Of a DNA stretch of 64,000 bases, positions 48,539-57,611 are shown in pieces; within the stretch, counting starts at the first letter, position 1; every line of letters begins with the position of its first letter. Under the pieces are notes generated by a model. The model searched no databases. It saw only the letters and a list, made by a program, of their open reading frames with translations, and was not told the DNA's origin. Source of the stretch: Candidatus Parvarchaeota archaeon (lineage in GTDB: Archaea; Nanobdellota; Nanobdellia; WJKC01); contig JAUWZX010000002.1 in the NCBI GenBank assembly GCA_030615175.1, positions 1 through 64,000 on the forward strand. Reading direction: 5' to 3'. The translations under genes were made by a program, and so were the position numbers.

Positions 48539-48928
48539 TTATTCTTCCTCAAGTTCTTCTTCCAAGTCTATTGCCATTGTCAAAGCATCTTCCTTAATCT
48601 TCCTAAATGTTGCTATTATTTTCTTCTTCTTCTGCTTTGTTAATTCAACTCTCAAGTAAGGCTTAGCTGCTTCAAGGAATTCAGCGTAAGTGAGAAAAGC
48701 GTAAGGCATCTTAGCCATACGATCAGAAATGTCCGCGCAAATCTTGCCCAATAACCTGTTCATCTCAACCTTAACGCGCTTCTTAAGCATTTTCTTGCCA
48801 GTATGCTTCCTTATTAAATTAACAACCCTTGCATTAGGAAAAGGCAATGGTTCTTCCTTCTGCTCTTGCTCCTTTCCCTCTTTTTTGGGCTTCGCGTCCA
48901 AAGACGAAGTCTTCTGGATTTTCTTCAT
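48539..48928 (-). CDS. Histone-fold protein with C-terminal coiled-coil helix (coiled-coil histone-like)
   Basis: LPFPNARVVNLIR...KRVKVEMNRLLG...PY...EFLEAAKPY plus long amphipathic helix; start set at MKKIQ. Confidence 0.7.
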   Translation of the reverse strand: MKKIQKTSSLDAKPKKEGKEQEQKEEPLPFPNARVVNLIRKHTGKKMLKKRVKVEMNRLLGKICADISDRMAKMPYAFLTYAEFLEAAKPYLRVELTKQKKKKIIATFRKIKEDALTMAIDLEEELEEE

Positions 48929-48971
48929 ACTTAACTGGGATGCAAACAAGTCTTTTAAAGCTTTTTCCTCC

Positions 48972-49925
48972 TTATAATTTAAGCATTCCTTTATTGTAAA
49001 TAAAGTATAAAACAACAAGCATTGCAAGACCAATAACCATGAATTCTAAGTGCATGGTATTAATTGTTAGGGCGCCTACAGTGAATAAATTAATAGGGTC
49101 AAACAAGTTATTCATGCCGAAAATGCCTGAAATCAGTGTTGGCACTAAGAATATGGCAGCAATAATAGTTAATTTAGTTGCAATTGAATTCATCCTATTA
49201 GTAAGCAGTAAGTCACGAAGTGACAAAGCCTCAGACAACTTCTGCTCAAGAGTGTACAACACGTTTAATTCTTCAGAAACTTCAGCGCTTAACTGCCCAA
49301 TCTTGCGCAAATCACCAGACTTCTCAAACACAGCCGGCAACTCCTCATCAATATCAAATAACAATCTCTTAAAGTCATGCAATACTTCCTTAATCCTGGA
49401 CAAGTAACGCCTATTCTTCAACACTAATTGAACAAGGTCGCTTATCTCAATCTTCAGTATTGCAGCACCCTCAACCAGCCTGTCAATGACTTCCTCATGC
49501 CTGTCAATGAGTTTAATACTGCCCTCATGAGCTTCCTGCAATAACCTCCTGAGAATGAATAATTCATTAAAGCCGCGCCTAACCCTGTCATGAACCGTGT
49601 CAGCAACATCATTAATAACTGCCTCGCATGACGAGTAAGAAAAAGTAATTATTAAATTACGCTTAACTAATACAAGGATTGAATCAACACTTAACTTGCC
49701 TTCAAAATCATGAATAACTGGAATCGCAACTGCAAAGAAACCATGAAAACGGAAAACATCATGATTCTTCTGAAAAACATTAAGTAATGCTGATTTAGTT
49801 ATCTTAAACTTCCTGCATAATAAATCAATGCTCTCTAAATTATTCTTGTCAGCATGCACCCATGACCAGCCATAATTCACTAACCTCTTAGCCCCGAACC
49901 GCCCTCCAGAAACAATAATTCTCAT
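48972..49925 (-). CDS. corA: CorA-family divalent cation transporter
   Basis: MN...KLTII..IFLVPTLISGIFGMN, two C-terminal TM segments. Confidence 0.9.
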   Translation of the reverse strand: MRIIVSGGRFGAKRLVNYGWSWVHADKNNLESIDLLCRKFKITKSALLNVFQKNHDVFRFHGFFAVAIPVIHDFEGKLSVDSILVLVKRNLIITFSYSSCEAVINDVADTVHDRVRRGFNELFILRRLLQEAHEGSIKLIDRHEEVIDRLVEGAAILKIEISDLVQLVLKNRRYLSRIKEVLHDFKRLLFDIDEELPAVFEKSGDLRKIGQLSAEVSEELNVLYTLEQKLSEALSLRDLLLTNRMNSIATKLTIIAAIFLVPTLISGIFGMNNLFDPINLFTVGALTINTMHLEFMVIGLAMLVVLYFIYNKGMLKL

Positions 49926-49947
49926 TAATTAAATAATGATATATTAC

Positions 49948-50082
49948 TCACTTTTTAGTCTTGCTCTTCTTCAAGTCGCGCCAGGACTTAATTCTCTTAT
50001 TACTTAACTCTTCAATATCCATTAACTGCTTCTTCATGCGCTTAATCCATAACTCAATAAACCCATAAGACTCTTCTTCCAT
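49948..50082 (-). CDS. 44-aa hypothetical protein (not in ORF track)
   Basis: MEEESYGFIELWIKRMKKQL...KTKK fills the gap between trxA and corA. Confidence 0.45.
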   Translation of the reverse strand: MEEESYGFIELWIKRMKKQLMDIEELSNKRIKSWRDLKKSKTKK

Positions 50083-50103
50083 ACTAATGAATAAAGAATT
50101 CTT

Positions 50104-50412
50104 TTACTTTAAATCTTTTGTCAAGGCAGCCATTAACTCTTCTTTATCCTGAATACCAATCAAGCGCTTAACTTCCTTGCCATCCTTTAAGATAATGAAT
50201 GTTGGAATGCTCATTATCTTAAACTCTGATGCTAGAGATGAATTCTTATCAGCATTAACTTTAAAGAATCCCACATCACTTAATTCCACAGACAACTCAT
50301 TAAATACTTGCTCCATAACCCTGCACGGAATACACCAGTCAGCGTAGAAGTCAAGAATAACTGTACCAGCAACAGGGTAAGCATCACCATCAATTAATTC
50401 CTCAACCATCAA
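50104..50412 (-). CDS. trxA: Thioredoxin
   Basis: LDFYADWCIPC, IMSIPT. Confidence 0.93.
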   Translation of the reverse strand: MMVEELIDGDAYPVAGTVILDFYADWCIPCRVMEQVFNELSVELSDVGFFKVNADKNSSLASEFKIMSIPTFIILKDGKEVKRLIGIQDKEELMAALTKDLK

Positions 50413-50483
50413 ACAAACTTTAGAAATAAAGTAATAAATAAAGTTTTCCCAAAACCAAAACCCTCATTTCCTGTGGAAACCAT

Positions 50484-51188
50484 TTACTCTCCTCTTACTT
50501 CAACTTCCTTAAAATATTTCATTAATGCCTTCCTGAATCTTTCTAATTCACTTAATGAGTAAGTACTCCTATGCCTGTAACTCGGGTCAAGGGTTGGGAA
50601 CTCGCTTCTGAACTGCTGAAGCGCGAACTTGGAAGCGCCTTTAAGCCACTTACCAATACGTAATAAGTCAGATTTTGAATTAATACCTGGAACAACAGTT
50701 GTGCGGAACTCATAATTAACGCCTGAATCAATGATTAACTTAATGCACTTCCTAATATTACTCATGCTTAATTTAACGCCGCCAATTGCTTTTGAATAAT
50801 TCTCTGGCGAAGCCTTAACATCCATTGCAATGTAGTCAAGGAGTTTATTATCCAATAATTTTGTCAAGAGTTCAGGATTAGTGCCATTAGTGTCAAGCTT
50901 GACTTTTAAACCCATTCTTTTTACTTTCCTAATAAAAGGCAGGATTTCAGAATGGATTGTTGGCTCACCGCCAGTAATCACTAAAGCATCAATAAACTCC
51001 TTACGCGACTTTAAGAATTTAATGACTTCCTGTTCTTTAATGTCAGGGAGGATTCCCTGATTATTAATTAAGTCAGGGTTTTGACAGTAAGGACAGCGCA
51101 TATTGCACCCACCAACAAAGACTATTGATGAGATAAGTCCAGGGTAATCAATTAAACTAGTCTTCGTAAAGCCATTGAACACGAGCAT
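50484..51188 (-). CDS. nrdG: Anaerobic RNR activating enzyme (radical SAM)
   Basis: SLIDYPG, CNMRCPYC, ITGGEPT, KLDTNG, YEFRTT. Confidence 0.95.
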   Translation of the reverse strand: MLVFNGFTKTSLIDYPGLISSIVFVGGCNMRCPYCQNPDLINNQGILPDIKEQEVIKFLKSRKEFIDALVITGGEPTIHSEILPFIRKVKRMGLKVKLDTNGTNPELLTKLLDNKLLDYIAMDVKASPENYSKAIGGVKLSMSNIRKCIKLIIDSGVNYEFRTTVVPGINSKSDLLRIGKWLKGASKFALQQFRSEFPTLDPSYRHRSTYSLSELERFRKALMKYFKEVEVRGE

Positions 51189-51194
51189 TATAAA

Positions 51195-51380
51195 TTACTC
51201 TTCTTTTGCACAGGACTCTTGTCCTTGCGCTTCAAAACGCAGTCTTGAGGGCTTCACATCAAACTTTTTTCTATCCTTATACTCTGACTGCTTGCCTTCA
51301 TTCCAGTTCCCAAGTGGTCTTAAGTAACCTGTAATTCTTGAGAAAACCTCGCACTTCTTGCCGCAGACTTCGTCACTCAA
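51195..51380 (-). CDS. Stand-alone glycyl-radical domain of class III RNR
   Basis: CEVFSRITGYLRP..WNEGK..EY.DR; TTG start with GGAGGTGA SD. Confidence 0.9.
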   Translation of the reverse strand: MSDEVCGKKCEVFSRITGYLRPLGNWNEGKQSEYKDRKKFDVKPSRLRFEAQGQESCAKEE

Positions 51381-53859
51381 TTAACTCACCTCCCTTACTT
51401 GCCTTAACAGGCGTTTTAACAACTTCAACATGCGCTTCCACTGCTCCTGGGAAAGGACATGTAAAGTGCTCCCCAGTAATGTAACCATGAACAGGGCATA
51501 TACTAAAAGTAGGAGTAATATTAAAATAAGGCATCTTGGTATTAAAAGCAATCTTCTTAACCAAGTTCCTGCATGATTCGGCATCAGGCAGTCTCTCGCC
51601 GAGGAATACGTGAAATATTGTGCCGCCAGTGTATAAAGTCTGAATGTCACTCTGATGCCTTAAAGCATAAACAAGGTCTTCAGTCTCGCTTACTGGCATG
51701 TGAGTGGAATTAGTAAGGTAAGGAGCGCCATCACCACCAGCAGTGTAAATATCAGGATGATATTTCTTATCAAGACGTGCAAACCTGTAAGCAGTGCTCT
51801 CAGCAGGCGTTGCCTCAAGATTATACAAGTTATTAGTCTCCACTTGGAACCGCTTAAGCATTTCACGCATAAAGATTAATGTATCAACAGCAAACTGCTT
51901 GCCCTCAGGGCTTACAATGCCCTTGCCAAGAAAGTTAACGCAGGCTTCATTCATACCGCAGACGCCAATAGTTGAGAAGTAATTCCTGAAAGAGCCTAGG
52001 TAAACCTTTGTGTAAGGCATTAAGCCACCCTCTAAATTCTTCCCAATAATCTTGCGCTTAATTTCAAGCGCGTTCCTTGCCAGCAGCATGTAACGCTTTA
52101 ACTCGTCAAAGAATCCAGCCCTGGTCTCGGACTCGTACGCAATCCTGTTAACATTAATGGTTATAACACCAATTGAACCAGTACTGTCACCCATCGCGAA
52201 TGAGTGGCCAGCCCTTCTAACTAACTCCTTCATGTTAAGGTTAAGCCTGCAGCACATTGCTTTTATTGCCTGCGGATCTAAATCACTTCCAATATAATTC
52301 TGAAAGTAAGGACTGCCATACTTAGCTGTTAACTCAAATAATAACAATGCATTCTCAGACTCCCAGTCAAAGTCCTTATAAAGATTATAAGTTGGTATTG
52401 GAAAAGTAAATACTCTTCCTTTAGCGTCGCCGTGAAGCATTATTTCAATGAATGCCTTATTAATTATGTCCATCTCCTTTTGCAACTCACCATAAGTGTA
52501 AGGCATTTTCCTGCCGCCAACAATTGCTTTTTCATCCTTCATTTCAGGAGGGCACACCCAGTCAAAAGTTAAGTTAGAGAAAGGGTACTGCGACCCCCAG
52601 CGTGATGGAATGTTAAGATTATAAATTAATTTCTGCATCTGCTGCTTAACCTTCCTGTATGATAACTTATCAGCCCTGACAAAAGGAGCTAATAAGGTGT
52701 CAACATTTGAAAAAGCCTGCGCCCCGGCAAATTCCATTTGAAGGCAGCCAATAAAGTTAACCATTTGTCCAACAACCACATCCAAGTGCTTTGCAGGATA
52801 AGTGTCAACCTTATTAGGCACGTTGCCGAAACCCATTAATAATAAATTCTTCAGCGACCATCCAGCGCAGTAACCAATGACGCCGCAGCTTAAGTCATGA
52901 ATATGAATGTAGCCCTTAACATGAGCCTCCCTGATTGATGGCATATAAATATTATTTAAAGTGTAATTAGCAATTACTTTACCTGCCGTGTGAAGCATTA
53001 ATCCTGAGAATGAGTAATCAGTGTTGCTGTTCTCCTTAACCCTCCAGTCAATCTTATTCAAGTACTCTGATATTGTATCATTAACGTCAATGAACGCATT
53101 CTTAATCTCCCTAATCTTCTTATGAGTGTCCCTGTAAAGAATGTAAGACTTAGCGGTTGTTACATGACCTGTCTCAATTAATACTTTTTCAACAGTGTCC
53201 TGTATTTCCTCAACTGAAGGAATGCCCCCATCAATATACTTTAATGAAAGCTCTGACTCAACTTTATCAGCCAGCCTCCTTGACAAGTTCTTGTCCTTTC
53301 CTCCAACTGACTCAGCAGCACCCCATATTGCCTCAACTATTTTACTCTTATTGTAAGGAACTATTCTCCCATCACGCTTCCTAATCTTCTTAGGCGGGGC
53401 TAACCTCTGGTTCTTCATCTTTGACAAGTTATCAATCTCGCGCTCAAATGACCTGATGTCGTCAAACATGTGATAAACAGAAGCAAATCTTAAGTAAGCA
53501 ATTTTATCAATGATTTTTAGTTTCTCCATTACTAACTCGCCAATCCTTGATGACTCAATTTCCAAGTCACCGCTATTCATTAATGCTAATTCAACCTCCT
53601 CGCATAATTTCTCAATCCTCTCAAGAGTGATTGGCCTCTTCTCGCATGCCTTAAGAACTCCCTTCTTTAATTTCTCCTTGTTAAACTGTTCTTTTGTTCC
53701 ATTCTTCTTTAAAATCATTAATGAAAGATTCTCAATTCGTTCATAAGTCGTGAACCTTTTATTGCATGAATTACACTCCCGTCTCCTTCTCGCAGAGTTT
53801 TCAGAATCCCTTTTATCAACTACTTTTATTTTATTACTACCACAGTAAGGACACTTCAT
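51373..53859 (-). CDS. nrdD: NrdR-NrdD fusion: NrdR (zinc ribbon plus ATP-cone), second ATP-cone, class III RNR catalytic barrel lacking the Gly-radical domain
   Basis: CPYC..VVDKR..RRRRECNSCNKRFTTYER, AYLRFASVY; IRKRDGR; HIHDL, YCAGW, MCCRL, EATPAES, CPVHG. Confidence 0.93.
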   Translation of the reverse strand: MKCPYCGSNKIKVVDKRDSENSARRRRECNSCNKRFTTYERIENLSLMILKKNGTKEQFNKEKLKKGVLKACEKRPITLERIEKLCEEVELALMNSGDLEIESSRIGELVMEKLKIIDKIAYLRFASVYHMFDDIRSFEREIDNLSKMKNQRLAPPKKIRKRDGRIVPYNKSKIVEAIWGAAESVGGKDKNLSRRLADKVESELSLKYIDGGIPSVEEIQDTVEKVLIETGHVTTAKSYILYRDTHKKIREIKNAFIDVNDTISEYLNKIDWRVKENSNTDYSFSGLMLHTAGKVIANYTLNNIYMPSIREAHVKGYIHIHDLSCGVIGYCAGWSLKNLLLMGFGNVPNKVDTYPAKHLDVVVGQMVNFIGCLQMEFAGAQAFSNVDTLLAPFVRADKLSYRKVKQQMQKLIYNLNIPSRWGSQYPFSNLTFDWVCPPEMKDEKAIVGGRKMPYTYGELQKEMDIINKAFIEIMLHGDAKGRVFTFPIPTYNLYKDFDWESENALLLFELTAKYGSPYFQNYIGSDLDPQAIKAMCCRLNLNMKELVRRAGHSFAMGDSTGSIGVITINVNRIAYESETRAGFFDELKRYMLLARNALEIKRKIIGKNLEGGLMPYTKVYLGSFRNYFSTIGVCGMNEACVNFLGKGIVSPEGKQFAVDTLIFMREMLKRFQVETNNLYNLEATPAESTAYRFARLDKKYHPDIYTAGGDGAPYLTNSTHMPVSETEDLVYALRHQSDIQTLYTGGTIFHVFLGERLPDAESCRNLVKKIAFNTKMPYFNITPTFSICPVHGYITGEHFTCPFPGAVEAHVEVVKTPVKASKGGELIE

Positions 53860-53943
53860 TATTACCCCTCAAATATATAGTTGGAATTCATTCCCAACAC
53901 CTCTGAAATTGAAAATTTCAGATGTCTCTAAATCTTGCGATAA

Positions 53944-53991
53944 ACACAACATATGGTGGTCTTACTTACGTGCAACCACAACATATAGTTA
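53944..53991. promoter_or_regulatory. Tandem NrdR boxes
   Basis: ACACAACATATGGTGG (53944) and CCACAACATATAGTTA (53976), 32 bp apart; match acaCwAtATaTwGtgt. Confidence 0.8.
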
Positions 53992-54200
53992 GTAAAACCT
54001 ACAGCTTTATAAACATTATATAATAGAGAATATATATTTTAGGACATAATTAAACTTTTATAAAGGTTTTTTGAAATCAAATTTCACGTTCCAAAACACG
54101 TGTTCTGCAACGTGTCCCATAAACTATGTCACTGCTGAATGACAAAGAAAGTGAAGGTTGCCCGAAGGATTTATAAACAACTTAACAATAGTTAATTACT

Positions 54201-54551
54201 ATGATTTTGCCTCAGGAGCTTGAAGTCTGGTACGTGTTGCCTGCTATTCGCAAGGAATTGGCAAGGAATCTCGTGGCTTTAGGCCTCAAGCAGAAGGGAG
54301 TGGCTGAAATACTTGACGTGACTGAAGCATGCATTAGTAATTACTTTAAATCAAAGAGGGCGATGGAAATCAAATTTAATAATAATATCAAATTATTAAT
54401 TCATGATTCTGCTTCAAGACTATTTAAAGGAGAATCATGCTTTATTAAGGAGGTTCAAAAGATTTGCAATGCTTTTAAAGAAGGAAAGCACTTATGCTCT
54501 TTGCATAAAAAATTTGGCAATGTGTGCGGGTGCAGGGGGTGCTTAACATGA
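54201..54551 (+). CDS. XRE-type HTH regulator with Cys-rich C-terminus
   Basis: PQELEVWYVLPAIR..LA..L...GLKQ..VAEILDVTEACISNY..SKR; C...LCSLH...CGCRGC. Confidence 0.8.
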   Translation: MILPQELEVWYVLPAIRKELARNLVALGLKQKGVAEILDVTEACISNYFKSKRAMEIKFNNNIKLLIHDSASRLFKGESCFIKEVQKICNAFKEGKHLCSLHKKFGNVCGCRGCLT

Positions 54552-55678
54552 AAGCATACTTTGACCATGGCGCAACAACGCCTGTTGACCCCTTAGTTCT
54601 TAAGGCAATGAAGCCTTACTTTTCCTTGAAGTTCGGCAACGCCTCATCAATTCATGAATTTGGCAGGGAAACGCATGAAGCGCTTGACCAGGCAAGAAAG
54701 GTTATTGCTGACTCTATCGGCGCTGAACCTTCAGAGATTATTTTCACTTCAGGAGGCACTGAAAGTAATAACCTAGCTATTAAGGGCTTGGCGCAAGCCA
54801 AGGGCAGCGGTCACATAATTACAAGCAAAATAGAGCATCACGCAGTCTTAATGACTTGTAAATACCTGGAGAAACAAGGCTTTAAAGTCACTTACCTGCC
54901 AGTTGATAATGAAGGCTTTGTTAATGCTTCTGATTTGAAGAAGGCGATGACTAAGAATACAATACTCGTTACAGTAATGCATGCTAATAATGAGATTGGC
55001 ACAGTAGAACCTATTGATGAACTAGCGCGCATCGCCCATGAAGGAGGCGCTTTGTTTCACACAGACGCTGTCCAGTCATTCACTAAAATACCTATTAATG
55101 TCAAGGAAATGAATCTTGACTTAGTCAGCCTGTCTGCTCATAAAATTCACGGCCCTAAGGGAGTCGGCGCTTTGTACGTGCGCAAGGGACTTAGGATTCA
55201 GAAGCAATTAGAAGGCGGAGTGCATGAGTTTAATTTAAGGGCTGGAACTGAAAACATTCCAGGAATTGTCGGCTTCGCAAAGGCAGTTAAACTAGCAAAG
55301 CCAGAACATGTAGTTTACATGACTGAACTAAGAGATAAAATCATTAATGAACTGCTTAAAATCCCTGGCACGCGCTTCAACGGCGCAAAGAAAAAGCGCT
55401 TATGCAATAACATTAATATTTCACTCATGGGTGTTGAAGGCGAATCAATACTTCTCGGTCTTGACGCCTTGGGAATCGCAGTCTCAACCGGCAGCGCCTG
55501 CTCGTCCAAGAATTTAAAGGCAAGTCACGTGCTCACAGCTATTGGCAGTAAACCTGAAGAAAGCCATGGCAGCATTAGGATTACGCTTGGCAGGGAGAAC
55601 ACTCGTGAAGAGGTTGATTACTTAATTAAGAATATTGTCAAGACTGTTAAGCGATTTAAGGAGATGAACTCGCTATGA
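54548..55678 (+). CDS. iscS: Cysteine desulfurase
   Basis: YFDHGATTP, SGGTESNN, HTDAVQ, SAHKIHGPKG, STGSACSS. Confidence 0.96.
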   Translation: MKAYFDHGATTPVDPLVLKAMKPYFSLKFGNASSIHEFGRETHEALDQARKVIADSIGAEPSEIIFTSGGTESNNLAIKGLAQAKGSGHIITSKIEHHAVLMTCKYLEKQGFKVTYLPVDNEGFVNASDLKKAMTKNTILVTVMHANNEIGTVEPIDELARIAHEGGALFHTDAVQSFTKIPINVKEMNLDLVSLSAHKIHGPKGVGALYVRKGLRIQKQLEGGVHEFNLRAGTENIPGIVGFAKAVKLAKPEHVVYMTELRDKIINELLKIPGTRFNGAKKKRLCNNINISLMGVEGESILLGLDALGIAVSTGSACSSKNLKASHVLTAIGSKPEESHGSIRITLGRENTREEVDYLIKNIVKTVKRFKEMNSL

Positions 55679-56058
55679 ACAATTCGCTTCATTACTCTAA
55701 GAAAGTGATTGAACACTTTAATAATCCGCGCAACATGGGCGAGATTAAAAACCCTGACGGCGTTGGCAAGACGGGCTCACCAGTCTGCGGTGATGTAATG
55801 AAAGTATTCATTAAAGTAAAGGATAACAGGATTACTGATATTAAGTTCAAGACTTTAGGTTGCGCGGCAGCTATTGCTTCATCCAGCATGCTTACTGAAC
55901 TCGCTAAGGGCAGGACATTAAATGAAGCTGAGAAAATTACTCGCATGGATATTGTAAAAGCCTTAGGAGGACTGCCTCCTATAAAGATTCACTGCTCAGT
56001 CCTGGCTCAGGATGCCTTAAAGGAAGCAATTAAGGATTATAAGAATAAAAAAGAGTGA
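55675..56058 (+). CDS. iscU: Fe-S scaffold protein IscU/NifU
   Basis: HFNNPRN, CGD, GCAAAIAS, LPPIKIHC. Confidence 0.96.
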   Translation: MNNSLHYSKKVIEHFNNPRNMGEIKNPDGVGKTGSPVCGDVMKVFIKVKDNRITDIKFKTLGCAAAIASSSMLTELAKGRTLNEAEKITRMDIVKALGGLPPIKIHCSVLAQDALKEAIKDYKNKKE

Positions 56059-56775
56059 TTAATAAGGTTTTGTTGGCAGACCCCTCTCTTCCCGCCATCT
56101 TGCCTGGTCTTTCAGGAACTCTATTGCCAATTCATATTGTTTCTCACTAATCATATTATTTTTTTCTCCAAACTTGAAAATGTATGGCAGGTAAACTAGC
56201 GGCTTAAATTCAAATCCTTCCTGATTAACCCATTCATCAAATCCTTTATTACCATAAGATACAATGCAGGTTATCTTTTTCGTCCTTAATTTAATATTTT
56301 TGTCCTCACACCATTCCTTAAAAGCATTCCAAACAATCTTACAGCTTCTTCCTGAATTTATTAAGTCCTCTGCAATAATAATATCAAGGCACTCTTTCTC
56401 TTTTGCTATTTCTTTTAATAATTCCTTATCACCTTCTATTCGCTGTCCAAGCCCATAAGCCTTTTCATCTGTTCTCACATAATAATAATGAGTTTCATTT
56501 CCTAATACCCTGCTTAAATTCTCTGCTGGACTCATGCCTGCTGTTGTTGAGCCAAGAACCACATCGTACTGCTCATTTATTACTAATTTCCTCTTCATTA
56601 ATTGCGCTATCTCTTCTTTTTCATCATCATGGCTTATTATTACTCTGCAGTCAGCGTATGTTTGTCCCTGTAATGGTTTTGCAGAGTACTCAAAGTAAGG
56701 ACCTTCCTCTGGCGCAACCATCACCGCACTTATATCTAATAATATTTCTGAAACCCTGTCCTTAATGCTTTTCAT
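56059..56775 (-). CDS. pyrE: Orotate phosphoribosyltransferase
   Basis: YADCR, YVR...KAYG...IEG, AEDLINSGRS; follows pyrF. Confidence 0.85.
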   Translation of the reverse strand: MKSIKDRVSEILLDISAVMVAPEEGPYFEYSAKPLQGQTYADCRVIISHDDEKEEIAQLMKRKLVINEQYDVVLGSTTAGMSPAENLSRVLGNETHYYYVRTDEKAYGLGQRIEGDKELLKEIAKEKECLDIIIAEDLINSGRSCKIVWNAFKEWCEDKNIKLRTKKITCIVSYGNKGFDEWVNQEGFEFKPLVYLPYIFKFGEKNNMISEKQYELAIEFLKDQARWREERGLPTKPY

Positions 56776-56776
56776 T

Positions 56777-57511
56777 TTAAAAAACTCTCTCTTCATGCGC
56801 TGTTTTAATTGCAGCGTAAACATCTTTAATTGTTTGTATCGGATTCTTGCTTTGGTAGATTCCTCTTCCAATCACCAAATGGTCTGCTCCCTTCTCAATA
56901 GCAGTTACGGCATCTACTAAAACATTGCCTGTTTTTTGAGGACCACTGCCAGGACTAACAACATTTACTTCTCCATCAAAGATTTTCCTGTAAACCATTA
57001 ATCTCTCCGGTTTAGTTGCTGGCGCAACAATGTATTTAACCCCTAGTTCAACGCAATCCTTTGCTAATTGTTCGCACTTTTCTTTACTACTATACCTTGT
57101 TGCTCCTGGCTGCGTCATTTCTACAACAATTATGGGGATAATACCATTATTAGAGCATGCGTTTACAAAAGTTTCCAGCGTTCCAGGTTTCTCTGAATCA
57201 TCCAAGTTGCTTCCTGAACCAAGAGGAGAGCCAATATAGAATTTTGGTTTTAATTCATCAATATCTTCTACTTGTCCTTTTACAATAAAGGGCACGTCAG
57301 TTCCTCTTTTTTGAGGGTCATAACAAATTGGCAGGCTTAATTCAATATCATCAAATAATTTTCTTGAAATAATTGTTCCATAACGTTCAATAATTTTATA
57401 ACCAATCTTTAATGCAGTTATTCCCTCTTCAACACCTTCAAGTTTTGCAAAGAATTGTATTGCCTTGCCAAGATGCATATCAATTGCAGGCATTATTCCA
57501 ACTTCAACCAT
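56777..57511 (-). CDS. pyrF: Orotidine 5'-phosphate decarboxylase
   Basis: LKIG, DPQKRGTDVP, EMT.PG, APAT, SPG.GPQ, VIGRGIY. Confidence 0.85.
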   Translation of the reverse strand: MVEVGIMPAIDMHLGKAIQFFAKLEGVEEGITALKIGYKIIERYGTIISRKLFDDIELSLPICYDPQKRGTDVPFIVKGQVEDIDELKPKFYIGSPLGSGSNLDDSEKPGTLETFVNACSNNGIIPIIVVEMTQPGATRYSSKEKCEQLAKDCVELGVKYIVAPATKPERLMVYRKIFDGEVNVVSPGSGPQKTGNVLVDAVTAIEKGADHLVIGRGIYQSKNPIQTIKDVYAAIKTAHEERVF

Positions 57512-57611
57512 TTTATCACTTCAAAATAACTTTTTAATTAACAAAGGGTTATTGCTTTTTAAAAGTTATGAGTAAAATTTATAAAAGCGTGTTCTGCTTA
57601 AGAAAGCAATT

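Noticed and set aside
53868..53883. Third NrdR box
   Set aside because: It lacks the conserved C and is out of phase with the tandem pair.
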